Origin: Candidatus Heimdallarchaeum aukensis | GTDB taxonomy: Archaea; Asgardarchaeota; Heimdallarchaeia; Heimdallarchaeales; Heimdallarchaeaceae | Length of the DNA: 64,000 nt | Assembly (NCBI GenBank): GCA_021513695.1 | Contig: CP084166.1 | Location: forward strand, 1,632,001 to 1,696,000 | Direction of reading: 5' to 3' | In this document: in pieces, positions 1-10,035 of the stretch | How the letters are laid out: the number at the start of each line of letters is the position of its first letter | Position numbering within the stretch: the stretch's first letter is position 1 | The notes under the pieces: model-generated | Told to the model about the DNA's origin: nothing | Seen by the model: the letters and a program-made list of their open reading frames with translations, nothing else | Databases searched by the model: none | Made by a program: the position numbers and the translations under genes

Positions 1-529
1 ATGACATTCCAACTAGGAGAAACAAATCCTTTTATTCTTCTTGAATGATTTAAGATGGATATTTCTTTTGTGAAAAGAGGTATTAATTGATAGAGACTTG
101 TGAAAATAGTTGTCAACTTTTGTGGAATATACATTTTATTCATTACGATAGACAACTCATTTGTTGAAACAGTTTGAAAAAACCAAGTAATCAAACAAAA
201 AGAAGTGATAAAACGATTAAAGAAAAGATAGAACAATAAAATTAATTCATCTAAGGTTTGTTTCTGGTGTAAGAAGAAAATTCCCAAAAACGAAAAGAAA
301 AGAAAAGCTAGAGCTATTTTTAGTAGTGTTTTTAGTGGAAATTTAATACTAATTATTAGAATTAGTGATAAAACTATAAGATAAGAATGATACCATAAAG
401 ATTCTGAAGTAAAAAGAATAACTAATTGAGTAATAAGAAAAACAATCTTCGTTCTCGGATCAATTGTTTGGGGTTCAATTAATCTATCAATTGTTTTGTC
501 AGTATCTATCATTTTCTTCACTCTTGATC

Positions 530-1999
530 TTAAATTTCTCTAGCAACTTTAGCTATCTGTTTATTCTTAATAACAAATATCTCATCAGCAATGGACTTCA
601 AAAACATTAAATCATGACTAGCGAAAATTACTAATTTTCCTTGCGCTTTTTCTTTAATCAACTGCATTTGAAGCCATTTTTTATTTTCTATATCCATTCC
701 ATTTGTAATTTCATCTAGCAGTATGATTTTTGGATTATGGAAGGTAGAAGAAATAAATGCCAATCTTCCTTTTTCGCCTTCAGATAAAGAAAAAGGGCTA
801 TAGAGGGAGTATTCATCTAATCCAGCTTTCTTTAATGTCTCAATAATCTTATTTTTGGCAGGAACTTTTCTATTTAAATTTCTGAGAACTAATGTTACCT
901 CATCCTCTACTGTTTCTTCAAAAAATTGTAACTCAGGATTTTGTGATACAAATCCAAATAGAGAAGCTTTTTCTAACCATTTAAACTTATGAACGGATTG
1001 GTTGTCGATTAATATTTGACCCTTTTTTGGTTTTAAAAGTCCAGTAATTAATGAAAGTAAAGTTGTCTTTCCTGTACCATTGCTGCCAGTAATTCCAACT
1101 ATTTGCCCATTTTTAAGAGAAAGAGAGAGATTTTCAAAAACACTCTCGTCTCTTTCCTTATATTTAAAGTGAATTTTATCAAGTATTAAAGAGAAAGAAG
1201 CAATTTCAAGATTAGTATTTGAACTATAATCAAGATAAACTTCTTTAATTCTCGATGGAAAAGAATTCTTTTTTTCTACTTCACTAAAACTCATTTCTGT
1301 CAATTTATTGTTCTGAAGTTGAAATATCTTGGGAGATAAAAGTGAATATTTCGAAATGTCGTGACTTGCAATTATAATAGTATATTTTTGTTCTTTTAGT
1401 TTTAATAGAAGATTTATTGTCTTCTTCTGGTTTATAACATCGAGATTGGCAAGAGGTTCGTCTGCTATAATTAATTTAGGGTAAGAAATAATAGTTGAAC
1501 CTAAACAAGTTTTTTGTTTTTCTCCTTCTGATATATTTCGAGGGTTCAATGGCAGTAGTTCCTTCAATGATAATTCTTCTGCAATTGAAAAAACCCTTGC
1601 TCTAGTTTCACATATTGGTATTTGTTTGTATTCTAAGCCAAAAGACAGTTCTTCATAGACTGTAGGTTCAGTTATAAAATTATTAACTCGTTGAGGGATA
1701 TACCCTACTCGTTCGGTAATCTTTGAAATCTTTGAAGATAACACATTTTCTCTATTAACATAAATTTCTCCCTTTACATCTCCTTTATAAAGATGTGGAA
1801 CCAGACCTAAAATTGAATAGAGGATAGTAGATTTTCCTGAACCACTAGAACCAGTTAAGAGAATTGTTTCACCTTGTTTTATCTTAAAGGATAGATTTTC
1901 GATTACATATTTGTCTCTAAAATGATATTTAAAACTAAAATTCTTGAACTCTACTACAGGTTTATCTATAGACAAATCAACACCGCTCATTGGAACCAA
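530..1999 (-). CDS. ABC-type ATPase with two tandem nucleotide-binding domains in one polypeptide (ECF/CbiO-like fused EcfA1-EcfA2 architecture)
   Basis: 489 aa; two Walker A motifs (GSSGSGKST, GSNGTGKTT), two Walker B regions (LIIADEPLANLD, ILLDEITNGMD), two degenerate signature motifs (ISEGEKQK, LSEGEKGR) and two H-loop SHD motifs. Confidence 0.7.
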   Translation of the reverse strand: MVPMSGVDLSIDKPVVEFKNFSFKYHFRDKYVIENLSFKIKQGETILLTGSSGSGKSTILYSILGLVPHLYKGDVKGEIYVNRENVLSSKISKITERVGYIPQRVNNFITEPTVYEELSFGLEYKQIPICETRARVFSIAEELSLKELLPLNPRNISEGEKQKTCLGSTIISYPKLIIADEPLANLDVINQKKTINLLLKLKEQKYTIIIASHDISKYSLLSPKIFQLQNNKLTEMSFSEVEKKNSFPSRIKEVYLDYSSNTNLEIASFSLILDKIHFKYKERDESVFENLSLSLKNGQIVGITGSNGTGKTTLLSLITGLLKPKKGQILIDNQSVHKFKWLEKASLFGFVSQNPELQFFEETVEDEVTLVLRNLNRKVPAKNKIIETLKKAGLDEYSLYSPFSLSEGEKGRLAFISSTFHNPKIILLDEITNGMDIENKKWLQMQLIKEKAQGKLVIFASHDLMFLKSIADEIFVIKNKQIAKVAREI

Positions 2000-2005
2000 A
2001 ACTGA

Positions 2006-3031
2006 CTAGTAAACTTTATCGAGTATCAATTTTAGCACTTCATGTTTAAGTTTATCGATATCATTAGGTAAGTCACCTATATTTGGCAGATTTATTCCTG
2101 CTGCGGTTATATGCCCCCCTCCTGTTCCACCTAAACTGAGTGAAAGTTGGTACGCTATTTCTCCTAAATCTATACTATGTTTTTTGGCAAAAGACTTCTT
2201 ACATCGGAGACTTATTCGCAGTTGTGATGGCTTTTGTTTAGAAACTACAATTGCCAAATCTGTACCTACAGAGGTTAAACTTCTCGCTACGGCTGATTCA
2301 AAAGAACTTACATGAGATATTGCAATTAAGTCATCATCTATTTTTTTTAATATTGCTCGCTGCATACCCTTAATTTTTGCAACTCGCTCAGATAGGGATA
2401 CTGGTGTTGCTAAAACAGATAAAGCTTGTTCATAATCGCCATATTTGGTTAGAAAATTAGTTACTTCGAAAATGTGCTTTGAAGTAATGAGAAAGCGACG
2501 AGAATCAGACATTATTCCAGCTAATAATAGAGTTGCTATGTTTTTTGGTAAGGAGATACCTGATTGATAAAAAATATATGAAATTATCTCCGAAGCAGAA
2601 CTAAATGATTGATCAATTATTGTGAAATCAGCTCTTTCACTAAATTCATGAAAAGAATGGTGATCTATAATAAAAAACGGCTTATCACCTGGAAATTCTT
2701 GATTTAGGATTAGTTCACCTAATTGTAAAAGATTGTTTACGTCGCAAAAGAAAAAAGCTTCGTAATCGTCAATTATCAAATTGTCATATACATTTATCTT
2801 AAAATGAGAACACAGATTTCCTGTGAGTGAATTTAAGGAAGAAGCAAATAATTGTATGCTTACTGAAGGGATAAAGTGATGTATTAATTCTTTTAAACCC
2901 ATTGCACTAGCTATTGCATCAGCATCAGCATTCTGGTGGAGAAGTATTGCTATTTTGATTATTTTTCTTTCTTTTAAGAAAGAAATTATTTTTCGGAATT
3001 CTTGTAGCAACGGAGTTCCTCCTCCAACCAA
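2006..3031 (-). CDS. DHH-family phosphoesterase (NrnA-like DHH + DHHA1 domains)
   Basis: 341 aa; DHH motif (IIDHH), Asp-rich metal site (NADADAIAS), C-terminal DHHA1 GGGH motif (GGTGGGHITAAG). Confidence 0.6.
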   Translation of the reverse strand: MVGGGTPLLQEFRKIISFLKERKIIKIAILLHQNADADAIASAMGLKELIHHFIPSVSIQLFASSLNSLTGNLCSHFKINVYDNLIIDDYEAFFFCDVNNLLQLGELILNQEFPGDKPFFIIDHHSFHEFSERADFTIIDQSFSSASEIISYIFYQSGISLPKNIATLLLAGIMSDSRRFLITSKHIFEVTNFLTKYGDYEQALSVLATPVSLSERVAKIKGMQRAILKKIDDDLIAISHVSSFESAVARSLTSVGTDLAIVVSKQKPSQLRISLRCKKSFAKKHSIDLGEIAYQLSLSLGGTGGGHITAAGINLPNIGDLPNDIDKLKHEVLKLILDKVY

Positions 3032-3297
3032 ACAGTTAATAATTCTGATATTTTTTCGTGCAACTCACTTAATTTCTCACTATTAAGTGCACCAGAAGAT
3101 TCAATTTCTAAATTTAAGGTGAGTTTCCTACTTTTATCTTGCTCTAAATTAATTATGATCGAATATTCAGTAAGAATAGACAATAATTTCTCCGCGGACA
3201 AATAATCAAATAATTTCTCTGACAGTTTTTCAGCAAAGTTTTCTAGTTCTTTAGATGAAAAAGAAGGAAGGCCGATTTCGATGAAATCTTCTGTCAT
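2986..3297 (-). CDS. hypothetical small acidic protein (103 aa) between prefoldin beta and the DHH gene
   Basis: ORF only; co-directional and tightly packed with neighbours, 46-nt overlap with downstream gene start; no recognisable motif. Confidence 0.3.
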   Translation of the reverse strand: MTEDFIEIGLPSFSSKELENFAEKLSEKLFDYLSAEKLLSILTEYSIIINLEQDKSRKLTLNLEIESSGALNSEKLSELHEKISELLTVWLEEELRCYKNSEK

Positions 3298-3327
3298 ACA
3301 TTATACACCATTAAAAGGGAATAATCC

Positions 3328-3666
3328 CTATATTTTTAGTCGTTCTTGAATTTCTTTTAGAGAGTTCAATATATTTTTCTCTCTTTTTTGAAGAGAAGAC
3401 AGATGTATCTCTATTCTTTCAAGTTCCTCTGTTAACGATTTTTTAACTGTTTCAACGTCTGATTGAAAAAGTATTGGACCAGTGGAGCGATAGATTACAG
3501 TTGACTCATCTAATTCATCAACTACTTTCAAGGCATTAGAACTATCATGTTTCATAATTTCATATTGCTGTATGTTTAGTCTAATTGAATCTAGACTTTG
3601 TCTGAGTTCATAATATCGTTGAACATCTTTTTCTTGTTCTGGAGTAAGTTTTCCTGGACTTGACAT
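3328..3666 (-). CDS. pfdB: prefoldin beta subunit
   Basis: 112 aa; two heptad coiled-coil arms flanking a central beta-hairpin region; size and pattern typical of archaeal PfdB. Confidence 0.6.
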   Translation of the reverse strand: MSSPGKLTPEQEKDVQRYYELRQSLDSIRLNIQQYEIMKHDSSNALKVVDELDESTVIYRSTGPILFQSDVETVKKSLTEELERIEIHLSSLQKREKNILNSLKEIQERLKI

Positions 3667-3833
3667 AATATATCCTCATTAAATGATATGAACGTCAAGT
3701 AATAGAGGAAATAAAGTTTTTGTTAAGTCATATTCTACCTAAAATCTTTTACAAAACGATATCTCTTTTATTTTATAGTGCTCTTTTTTTCTTAAATAAT
3801 AAAAATAAAAAAAGAGTTTGAAATTAAAAAAAG

Positions 3834-4517
3834 TTATTTTAGTTTGGCAAATTCTTCCTCAATATGAGATATTTTAATACCAAGGCTATCCATTAAAACA
3901 AAGCACCAACCCAACCAGATATTCACAAAACCTTTAGCTCCTGCGTCTACAACCCCAGCTTCTTTCAAAACGGGTAGCAAATTGGGTGTTTCTTTTAGAG
4001 ATTCTACTGCAGTTAAATAAGTGCCACTGATCATTTCGACCCAATCGCCACCATTTTCTGCTATTTCTCTTGCTTTGTCTGCAGTGTCTTTTATTACTGT
4101 TAACATTGTTCCCTCTTGAGGATTCATTACTGCATCATAAGCCCATTCTTTTCCTTCTTGTAATGCATCTGCAAATTCTTTAATTCCTATCTCTTCATGT
4201 TCTTCAATTGAAGAAGAAAATCCTTGGAAAAACTGACTAATTATAACACCAGAGTTTCCTTTAGCTCCCAAAAAAGACCCTTTAGAGATTAGTTGGGCAG
4301 CTTCTGCCACTGATTTGGCATTATCATCTGTGAATTGTTCAATTACCGTTCTTACGGTTAAAAACAGATTCACACCGGTGTCCCCATCTGGAACTGGAAA
4401 AACATTAATTGCATTTATTTCTTCCTTTGTTCGTTCTAAATTATTAGCAGCAGTAATCATCATTTTCTTAAGAGTAGAGCCGTTAATTTTTGTGCTACTT
4501 AGCATCACTTTTTTCAC
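3834..4517 (-). CDS. DAK2 (DhaL/YloV-type) domain protein
   Basis: 227 aa; the NVFPVPDGDTGVNL motif is the diagnostic Dak2 phosphate-binding motif. Confidence 0.55.
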   Translation of the reverse strand: MKKVMLSSTKINGSTLKKMMITAANNLERTKEEINAINVFPVPDGDTGVNLFLTVRTVIEQFTDDNAKSVAEAAQLISKGSFLGAKGNSGVIISQFFQGFSSSIEEHEEIGIKEFADALQEGKEWAYDAVMNPQEGTMLTVIKDTADKAREIAENGGDWVEMISGTYLTAVESLKETPNLLPVLKEAGVVDAGAKGFVNIWLGWCFVLMDSLGIKISHIEEEFAKLK

Positions 4518-4693
4518 CGATTCTTATAGTTTATTTCTCGAAATACAGTTTTACGGCTTCCTTTATAATACTTCCTAGTTTTTATGGCCGTAAAATATTA
4601 TTTTCAAAATTATGTTTTTTCAATTCTTTTTAAGTTTAATCTTTGTTCGTTTCATAGCCATAAAATATTATATAATTATAAAATAATAAAAAG

Positions 4694-7630
4694 TTAAAGA
4701 AGTAAAATAGCTGGTTTCATAGGTCTAGCTTTACGAGCTTTGTTTTGTGGGTCAAAAATATCTTTTGTTTCAGAGATGTAGGTTTCGACTGTTATTTCAG
4801 GGTATTTTTGATTGATAATTTTCATATATCCTTGAATTGCATCCAATTGTTCTTCAGGAGAAAGCATTGAAATTCTAAAAATTGTTGGATCTTTTATCAT
4901 CAGCTTTGCTTCTTCGGCAATATTTTTCATGTATTTGTTTAATGTTTCGTGGTTTTTCACTAAAGACATTATTTTTCCTATATTGAAAGCTTCTTCAACG
5001 AAGGAATCCTTAGCAAGTTTATAAAAATCATTTTTCCACTGTGGAGCTATATATATAATCATTTTTTTAGGCTCTGATTTAACTAATTTCATGATTTGTT
5101 CGATATCTTTCATTAGATTTGTTAAGAATTTTAGCTGTAATGCTAGTCGTGTATCTTCTTCTGTTAAAACAACATCGTTTATTTTCTGTAAGGAAACAAA
5201 ACCTGTATTTCCATATCGTTCATATATCTCTTCACAAATGTGTGGAATCACTGGCGCCATCAGTATTATCATGTTTTCAATAGTCTGTTTTATTACACTT
5301 TGAACTTCTTTCTTGTCTAAATTTGAAGATATTTTCAAGTAATTTTCTATTTCTCTAATATTATCAAAGAACCCTGATAATATATAGTCTCGTGGATTAA
5401 ATTGCTCCATTGCATCAATTGCTAATTTCATATTACGTTTTACAGAAGCGATGACGATCTTAGATATAAAAGAATATGATTGTGGGTCAACTTTTTTGCT
5501 TTTTTCTACCATTGTTGCAAATTCCCAGAACTTACGTAATTTTTCTTTAGAATGGTTAACTTCTACTTCTCTCCAATCGACCACAGACTCTTGTGTTGCA
5601 ACAGAAGCTAAATGTAAACGTGTTAAGTCAACACTATACTTTTCTGGAATTTTAGCTATTGGAATTACATTTCCTTTACTTTTTCCCATTTTTTCTCCTT
5701 CTCTATTTAACATCTCATTCAAAGAGAACATTTGAGGCCAATATTTTTCTGGAAAAATTGCTACATGGTGAAAAATAGTAAAAGACAAATGATTAGAAAT
5801 GTGTGCTATTGCAGTGTGTCGCAAATCGTTAGGATACCAATACTCAAATTCACTTTTCATTTTTTTTATACTATCAATAGAAATTCCTGTTTCTTTAGAT
5901 ACTGTTTCAACATCGTGCTTGGAAAGGAATATATGGTCAAATAATATCGGTTTTAACTGCTTTGGTTTTATTTTTGATTCTTTAATTTTCTTTATGATTG
6001 TGTAGAATGCCATATATATGACAGAATCGCTTAATGATTCAATGATCCACCCTTTTCCCTTTGTAATAGGAAATTCAGTTCCTAATCCTCTCTTTCGCAC
6101 ACATGGGCGTTTATCTAACCAATTAAACACGTTTTCAAATGCTTGACGGTATTTTTCTGGAACTATTTTCATTTTGTTTAATGCTTTAAATGCAAGTTCT
6201 TTCCATTCAGTATTTCCGTAATTTAAGAAGTATTGGTCTTCAATCACTGCAGCAATTATTTTTCCACCACATCTACATCTTGCTTTTGTTGAAATTTCGT
6301 AAATATTTGATGCTAAATTCAGTTCTTTGAGTTTTTTCGCAACAGCAACTTTTGCTTCTTCAACTTTTAGCCCTTTAAATTCACCAGTATTTGATTTCAT
6401 TACTCCAGAGTAAAATTCTTCTTTGTATATTGTCTGCGTAGCTTTCTCTAACTTTTCAATGTCTTCTTGACTTTGAACACCCATTTTCTCATATATTTCT
6501 ACAGCTGGAAAATCTCCATATCCATCTAATTTAATTAGAGAAATAGCAGTAATGCTTTTCAGTTTTTTTTCATCTAATGAATACTCTTTTATCGCTTCAT
6601 CATTTTTTTGCAAATCTACTAATGCTGCATAATCATAAGGAGCATGTCCTGGAACGCTATACACTACTCCAGTTGCATGATCCGTATCAACAAATGTTGC
6701 GGGATAAATGGGAATAACAACACCAGTTAATGGCACTTCAACTTCTTGGTCAAATAATTCTCTTCCCTTAAATTCTCTAATTACCTCAATCTTATGATGT
6801 TGATTCTCTAATTTACTTACAGATTCTGATGATACAATCCAGTTTTCATTATCTATCTTAATCTCACAGTATGTATTTTCAGGATGTATCCAAACATTTG
6901 TTGCTCCAAAGATAGTTTCAGGTCTGAAAGTAGCAGCAACCAAAAAAGTGTTTTTGTTTTTTATTTTGAACTTGATTCCGACGAATTCAGATACTTCTAC
7001 TTTTGTTTCATCACCCGCATAAATATCATCCTCTCCAACAGCATTTTTACAGTTTGTACACCACAAGATAGGATATTCTCCCTTTGTAATGTATCCTTTT
7101 TCGTTAAGAATCTTATATTGCCATTCAATGAACTTGTTATATTCTGGATCACCAGTCGTAAACTCACGTGTATCATCTATCGAAAAACCCATTCTCTTAA
7201 AATCTTCCATTAACTTACCTGAAAAATACATAGCTACATTCATAGGTTCTACAAATGAACTAACTATTTCTTCAACTTTCTTTTCATCAGATTCGTAGAT
7301 AGATACATAATCTCTGTATTTTTTCCATTCTTTCTCATCCTTTTCTTTTATTTTTGCGGAAACTGAAAGAACAGGAGTTCCCGTAATATGGTAAGCCATT
7401 GGCCACATCACATTAAATCCTCGTTGCCTTTTATATCTTGCAAATAGATCACCAAGATTATATGTTCGACAATGGCCAATATGAAGAGAACCGCTTGCAT
7501 AGGGATAAGGTACAGTAACAAAATACTTGGGTTTGGAATTGTCTACTTTACCTACAAAGATTTTTTTTTCATCCCATCGTTTTTGCCATTTCGTTTCAAT
7601 TTTACGTATTTCCTCTAAAAAACCAGTCAT
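4694..7630 (-). CDS. leuS: leucyl-tRNA synthetase (archaeal/eukaryal type)
   Basis: 978 aa; HIGH motif (SLHIGHCRTY), KMSKS motif (KMGKSKGNV), CP1 editing-domain-length insertion. Confidence 0.9.
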   Translation of the reverse strand: MTGFLEEIRKIETKWQKRWDEKKIFVGKVDNSKPKYFVTVPYPYASGSLHIGHCRTYNLGDLFARYKRQRGFNVMWPMAYHITGTPVLSVSAKIKEKDEKEWKKYRDYVSIYESDEKKVEEIVSSFVEPMNVAMYFSGKLMEDFKRMGFSIDDTREFTTGDPEYNKFIEWQYKILNEKGYITKGEYPILWCTNCKNAVGEDDIYAGDETKVEVSEFVGIKFKIKNKNTFLVAATFRPETIFGATNVWIHPENTYCEIKIDNENWIVSSESVSKLENQHHKIEVIREFKGRELFDQEVEVPLTGVVIPIYPATFVDTDHATGVVYSVPGHAPYDYAALVDLQKNDEAIKEYSLDEKKLKSITAISLIKLDGYGDFPAVEIYEKMGVQSQEDIEKLEKATQTIYKEEFYSGVMKSNTGEFKGLKVEEAKVAVAKKLKELNLASNIYEISTKARCRCGGKIIAAVIEDQYFLNYGNTEWKELAFKALNKMKIVPEKYRQAFENVFNWLDKRPCVRKRGLGTEFPITKGKGWIIESLSDSVIYMAFYTIIKKIKESKIKPKQLKPILFDHIFLSKHDVETVSKETGISIDSIKKMKSEFEYWYPNDLRHTAIAHISNHLSFTIFHHVAIFPEKYWPQMFSLNEMLNREGEKMGKSKGNVIPIAKIPEKYSVDLTRLHLASVATQESVVDWREVEVNHSKEKLRKFWEFATMVEKSKKVDPQSYSFISKIVIASVKRNMKLAIDAMEQFNPRDYILSGFFDNIREIENYLKISSNLDKKEVQSVIKQTIENMIILMAPVIPHICEEIYERYGNTGFVSLQKINDVVLTEEDTRLALQLKFLTNLMKDIEQIMKLVKSEPKKMIIYIAPQWKNDFYKLAKDSFVEEAFNIGKIMSLVKNHETLNKYMKNIAEEAKLMIKDPTIFRISMLSPEEQLDAIQGYMKIINQKYPEITVETYISETKDIFDPQNKARKARPMKPAILLL

Positions 7631-7944
7631 ATTTACACCTCAATACTGGAATAAAGAATTTTTCTTTTCTATAGTAAATTACAGTTGCGATAAAAAATAG
7701 TAATATTATAAATTTACTGTAAAAAGATTCTTTTCTAAAAAATCGGGAAACCTTGTATCCAGTAACTATGTTAATAAAATAACTGTTTTCCAAGAAGAAC
7801 ATAGTCACCTTTCATCTTCTGGTCTCCTAAAACAGAAAAGGAGATATTAATTAAAAAGTTTATTCATATGACAGATTTTTGAGTACTTTTGGAAAAAGGA
7901 ATTGTGCAATTTCTCAAATTTTCTACTCAACTTTGTTGAAACGT

Positions 7945-8013
7945 TTGAAATAGATAGTATTTTTCTTAACTATGAAGTTGAAATAGTATTTTTCTTAACT
8001 ATGAGGTTGAAAT
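7945..8013. repeat. tandem direct repeat, two full ~30-bp copies plus a third partial (ttgaaatag(ata)gtatttttcttaactatga[a/g]g)
   Basis: read directly: copies at 7945-7977 and 7978-8006 differ by a 3-bp indel and one A/G change; ttgaaat begins a third time at 8007. Confidence 0.6.
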
Positions 8014-8029
8014 TTTACTTAATTTCTTC

Positions 8030-8220
8030 AGGACTCTACCCAACCAGTCAATAAACATAGCGAAAGTTGTGAAGACTGGCTTAAGAGAAAATGAAAGACA
8101 CAGTCTTAAGTGAGTTCTCTAAGGGGTTCATCTCCTGATCCCGGGCACTCATAACTCCCACATGGAAGACCGGGTGTCGTAGGAATGAAACCTACGTCTT
8201 TAAGCATATAGCTCAAGACA
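8030..8220. ncRNA. candidate structured RNA element, unclassified (GC-rich island in AT-rich intergenic region)
   Basis: local GC far above surroundings; several perfect or near-perfect hairpins (CCAGTC...GACTGG at 8044-8079; CCGGG...CCGGG at 8140-8175; GTCGTAGG-aatgaaa-CCTACGTC at 8175-8197); no ORF; sits between divergent leuS and the 8305 gene. Confidence 0.2.
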
Positions 8221-8304
8221 ATAGATAAATGATAATTGAATATATAAAGACAGCGGAAAAGTTGTAACACTCCCCAATATCGTAAATTATTTATTAATAC
8301 AAAT

Positions 8305-8964
8305 GTGTTTCTGGTTGTTATTGGTCTAATAACTCCACAAACTAAAAATTTAGTTTTTTACGAAAAAAGTATTTCATGGAGAAAAGATCCACTGTATCAA
8401 GAAGTGAAAAAGACTTTTATTTGGACTATACCTATATTACAACTTTATAACGTTTATCTTTTTGTATTTGCTTTTCGTACAGAATTAAAAGCAGATCAAT
8501 CTATTCCTTGTGTTATCGATATTTTAGTACTAATAACTTTAACTTCGTGGCAGCTCATTTCTGACATAAGCAAAAAGTTGAAGGAGAAAAAACTGATAGT
8601 TAACCAAAGAAAGTTGATACTTTACTTATATTTCATATATACAACAACTATATACAGCAACGTCATCACTTCATTCTTCGGAGAAACTGAGGTTTTTAAT
8701 TACTGGGTTGCAGTTTTTACAGGACTTGGTATAATAGTAACTTTTGTTAGTGTAACTAGAGAAATAGGAAGAAAATATGGAGCAATAAACGTTAATTTAT
8801 TTTCATTTATGTTTAACACAATCAAATATTCAAAAGAAATTAAAAAAGATAGCATAAACCTATGTTCAAATTGTAATTCCCCAATAAAAATATCTGACAA
8901 ATTTTGTGGTCATTGTGGTCTTAAACTAGAAAAGCATGTAGAAACTAATTCTTCTAATATATAA
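8305..8964 (+). CDS. polytopic membrane protein with C-terminal zinc-ribbon (CxxC...CxxC)
   Basis: 219 aa; GTG start in track; 4 or more hydrophobic helices; C-terminal CSNC-x12-CGHC. Confidence 0.4.
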   Translation: MFLVVIGLITPQTKNLVFYEKSISWRKDPLYQEVKKTFIWTIPILQLYNVYLFVFAFRTELKADQSIPCVIDILVLITLTSWQLISDISKKLKEKKLIVNQRKLILYLYFIYTTTIYSNVITSFFGETEVFNYWVAVFTGLGIIVTFVSVTREIGRKYGAINVNLFSFMFNTIKYSKEIKKDSINLCSNCNSPIKISDKFCGHCGLKLEKHVETNSSNI

Positions 8965-9067
8965 AAAAGCCTAACTAATCTTTAATAAATACTAATTTAT
9001 TCTTTTTCAAATTAATAAAAATCTTAAAGAAAGTTTAAATATTGATTACGGAATCCTATTTGGTGAT

Positions 9068-9994
9068 TTGTTGTCTCGTTTCAAGATATTTATAATAAAT
9101 TGCTTACCAGATTTTGCAGTTTATTTCTTTGCAAAGCCTTATCTTGGTGGAAATAGTTTGGAGGAGGGAATTAACAAGGCTAAATTACTTTGGAAAAAAG
9201 GTTTATCCTCAACTATTGATATGCTTGGAGAAGATTTGAAAAGTAAAGAAGAAGTCGAGCATGCTATTGGTGTTTATTTAAAAGCTATTGATAGAGTAAA
9301 TGAAGAACAAATGCAAGATTATGCTTCAATTTCTGTTAAACCTTCATCTCTCGGGTACTTAGTATCAGAGGACTATTACATTAAAAACTTAGAAAAAGTT
9401 GTTTCTTATGCTTCAGAAAAGGGAATTGAAATAACAATTGACATGGAAGATCATAACTATACAGACATTACACTGAAATCATATAAATTATTAAAACCAA
9501 AATATCCTCTTTTAGGTACTGTACTTCAAACTAGATTATTCAGAACAGAGAGAGATATCGAAGAATTAGGAGACATTAATGCGAGGATACGATTATGTAT
9601 TGGTATATACAGAGAACCAAAAGAAATTGCTTATACAAATAAAAAACTGATGAAAGAGCGTTTGATAGCTTTTGCACAAGAACTTATTTCCAATAATCAT
9701 TATGTTGCCTTTGCGACACATGATGAGAAATATATTAGACGGATGCTCTCTATTGTCGATGAAAAAGGTTTAACAAAGGATCAAATTGAATTTCAAATGC
9801 TTCTTGGGGTACCGAGAAGGAAGATACAAAAAGAAATCATTGAACGAGGTTTTGTCATGCGACTTTATGTGCCTTTTGCAGAAGAGAAAAAATATTCTAT
9901 CGCTTATTTACGTAGAAGGCTTTACGAAAACCCATTCATGGTATTCTCTGTTTTGAAAAATATTTTCAGAACAATTTTTAAATTTGGAAATTAA
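9068..9994 (+). CDS. proline dehydrogenase (monofunctional PutA-type PRODH family)
   Basis: 308 aa; matches PRODH family motifs (GNSLEEGI, TIDMLGED, ISVKPSSLG, TIDMEDH, LGTVLQTRLFRTE); TTG start probably over-extended. Confidence 0.7.
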   Translation: MLSRFKIFIINCLPDFAVYFFAKPYLGGNSLEEGINKAKLLWKKGLSSTIDMLGEDLKSKEEVEHAIGVYLKAIDRVNEEQMQDYASISVKPSSLGYLVSEDYYIKNLEKVVSYASEKGIEITIDMEDHNYTDITLKSYKLLKPKYPLLGTVLQTRLFRTERDIEELGDINARIRLCIGIYREPKEIAYTNKKLMKERLIAFAQELISNNHYVAFATHDEKYIRRMLSIVDEKGLTKDQIEFQMLLGVPRRKIQKEIIERGFVMRLYVPFAEEKKYSIAYLRRRLYENPFMVFSVLKNIFRTIFKFGN

Positions 9995-10035
9995 ATTTAG
10001 GAAAAATTTTTTTACACCTCTTCTATTTTTATTTA

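Noticed and set aside
1-529. Possible truncated gene at the 5' window edge
   Set aside because: There is no ORF over 20 codons in any frame reaching the edge, and the region is AT-rich with frequent stops, so it is treated as intergenic.
5091-7298. Multiple 68-109-aa plus-strand ORFs antisense to leuS (5091, 5451, 5732, 5799, 6884, 7089)
   Set aside because: They lie entirely within the strongly supported leuS coding region on the opposite strand, with hydrophobic, low-complexity translations typical of antisense frames in AT-rich DNA.
7945-8013. Possible CRISPR array (repeated ~30-bp units)
   Set aside because: The copies are directly adjacent with no spacers, there are only 2-3 of them, and no cas genes are nearby. 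It is a simple tandem duplication, not a CRISPR array.
8030-8220. tRNA or tRNA-like gene in the GC-rich island
   Set aside because: I could not build an acceptor stem, D-arm and T-arm (the T-loop candidate TTCATCT lacks a flanking 5-bp stem). It is kept only as an unclassified structured-RNA candidate.
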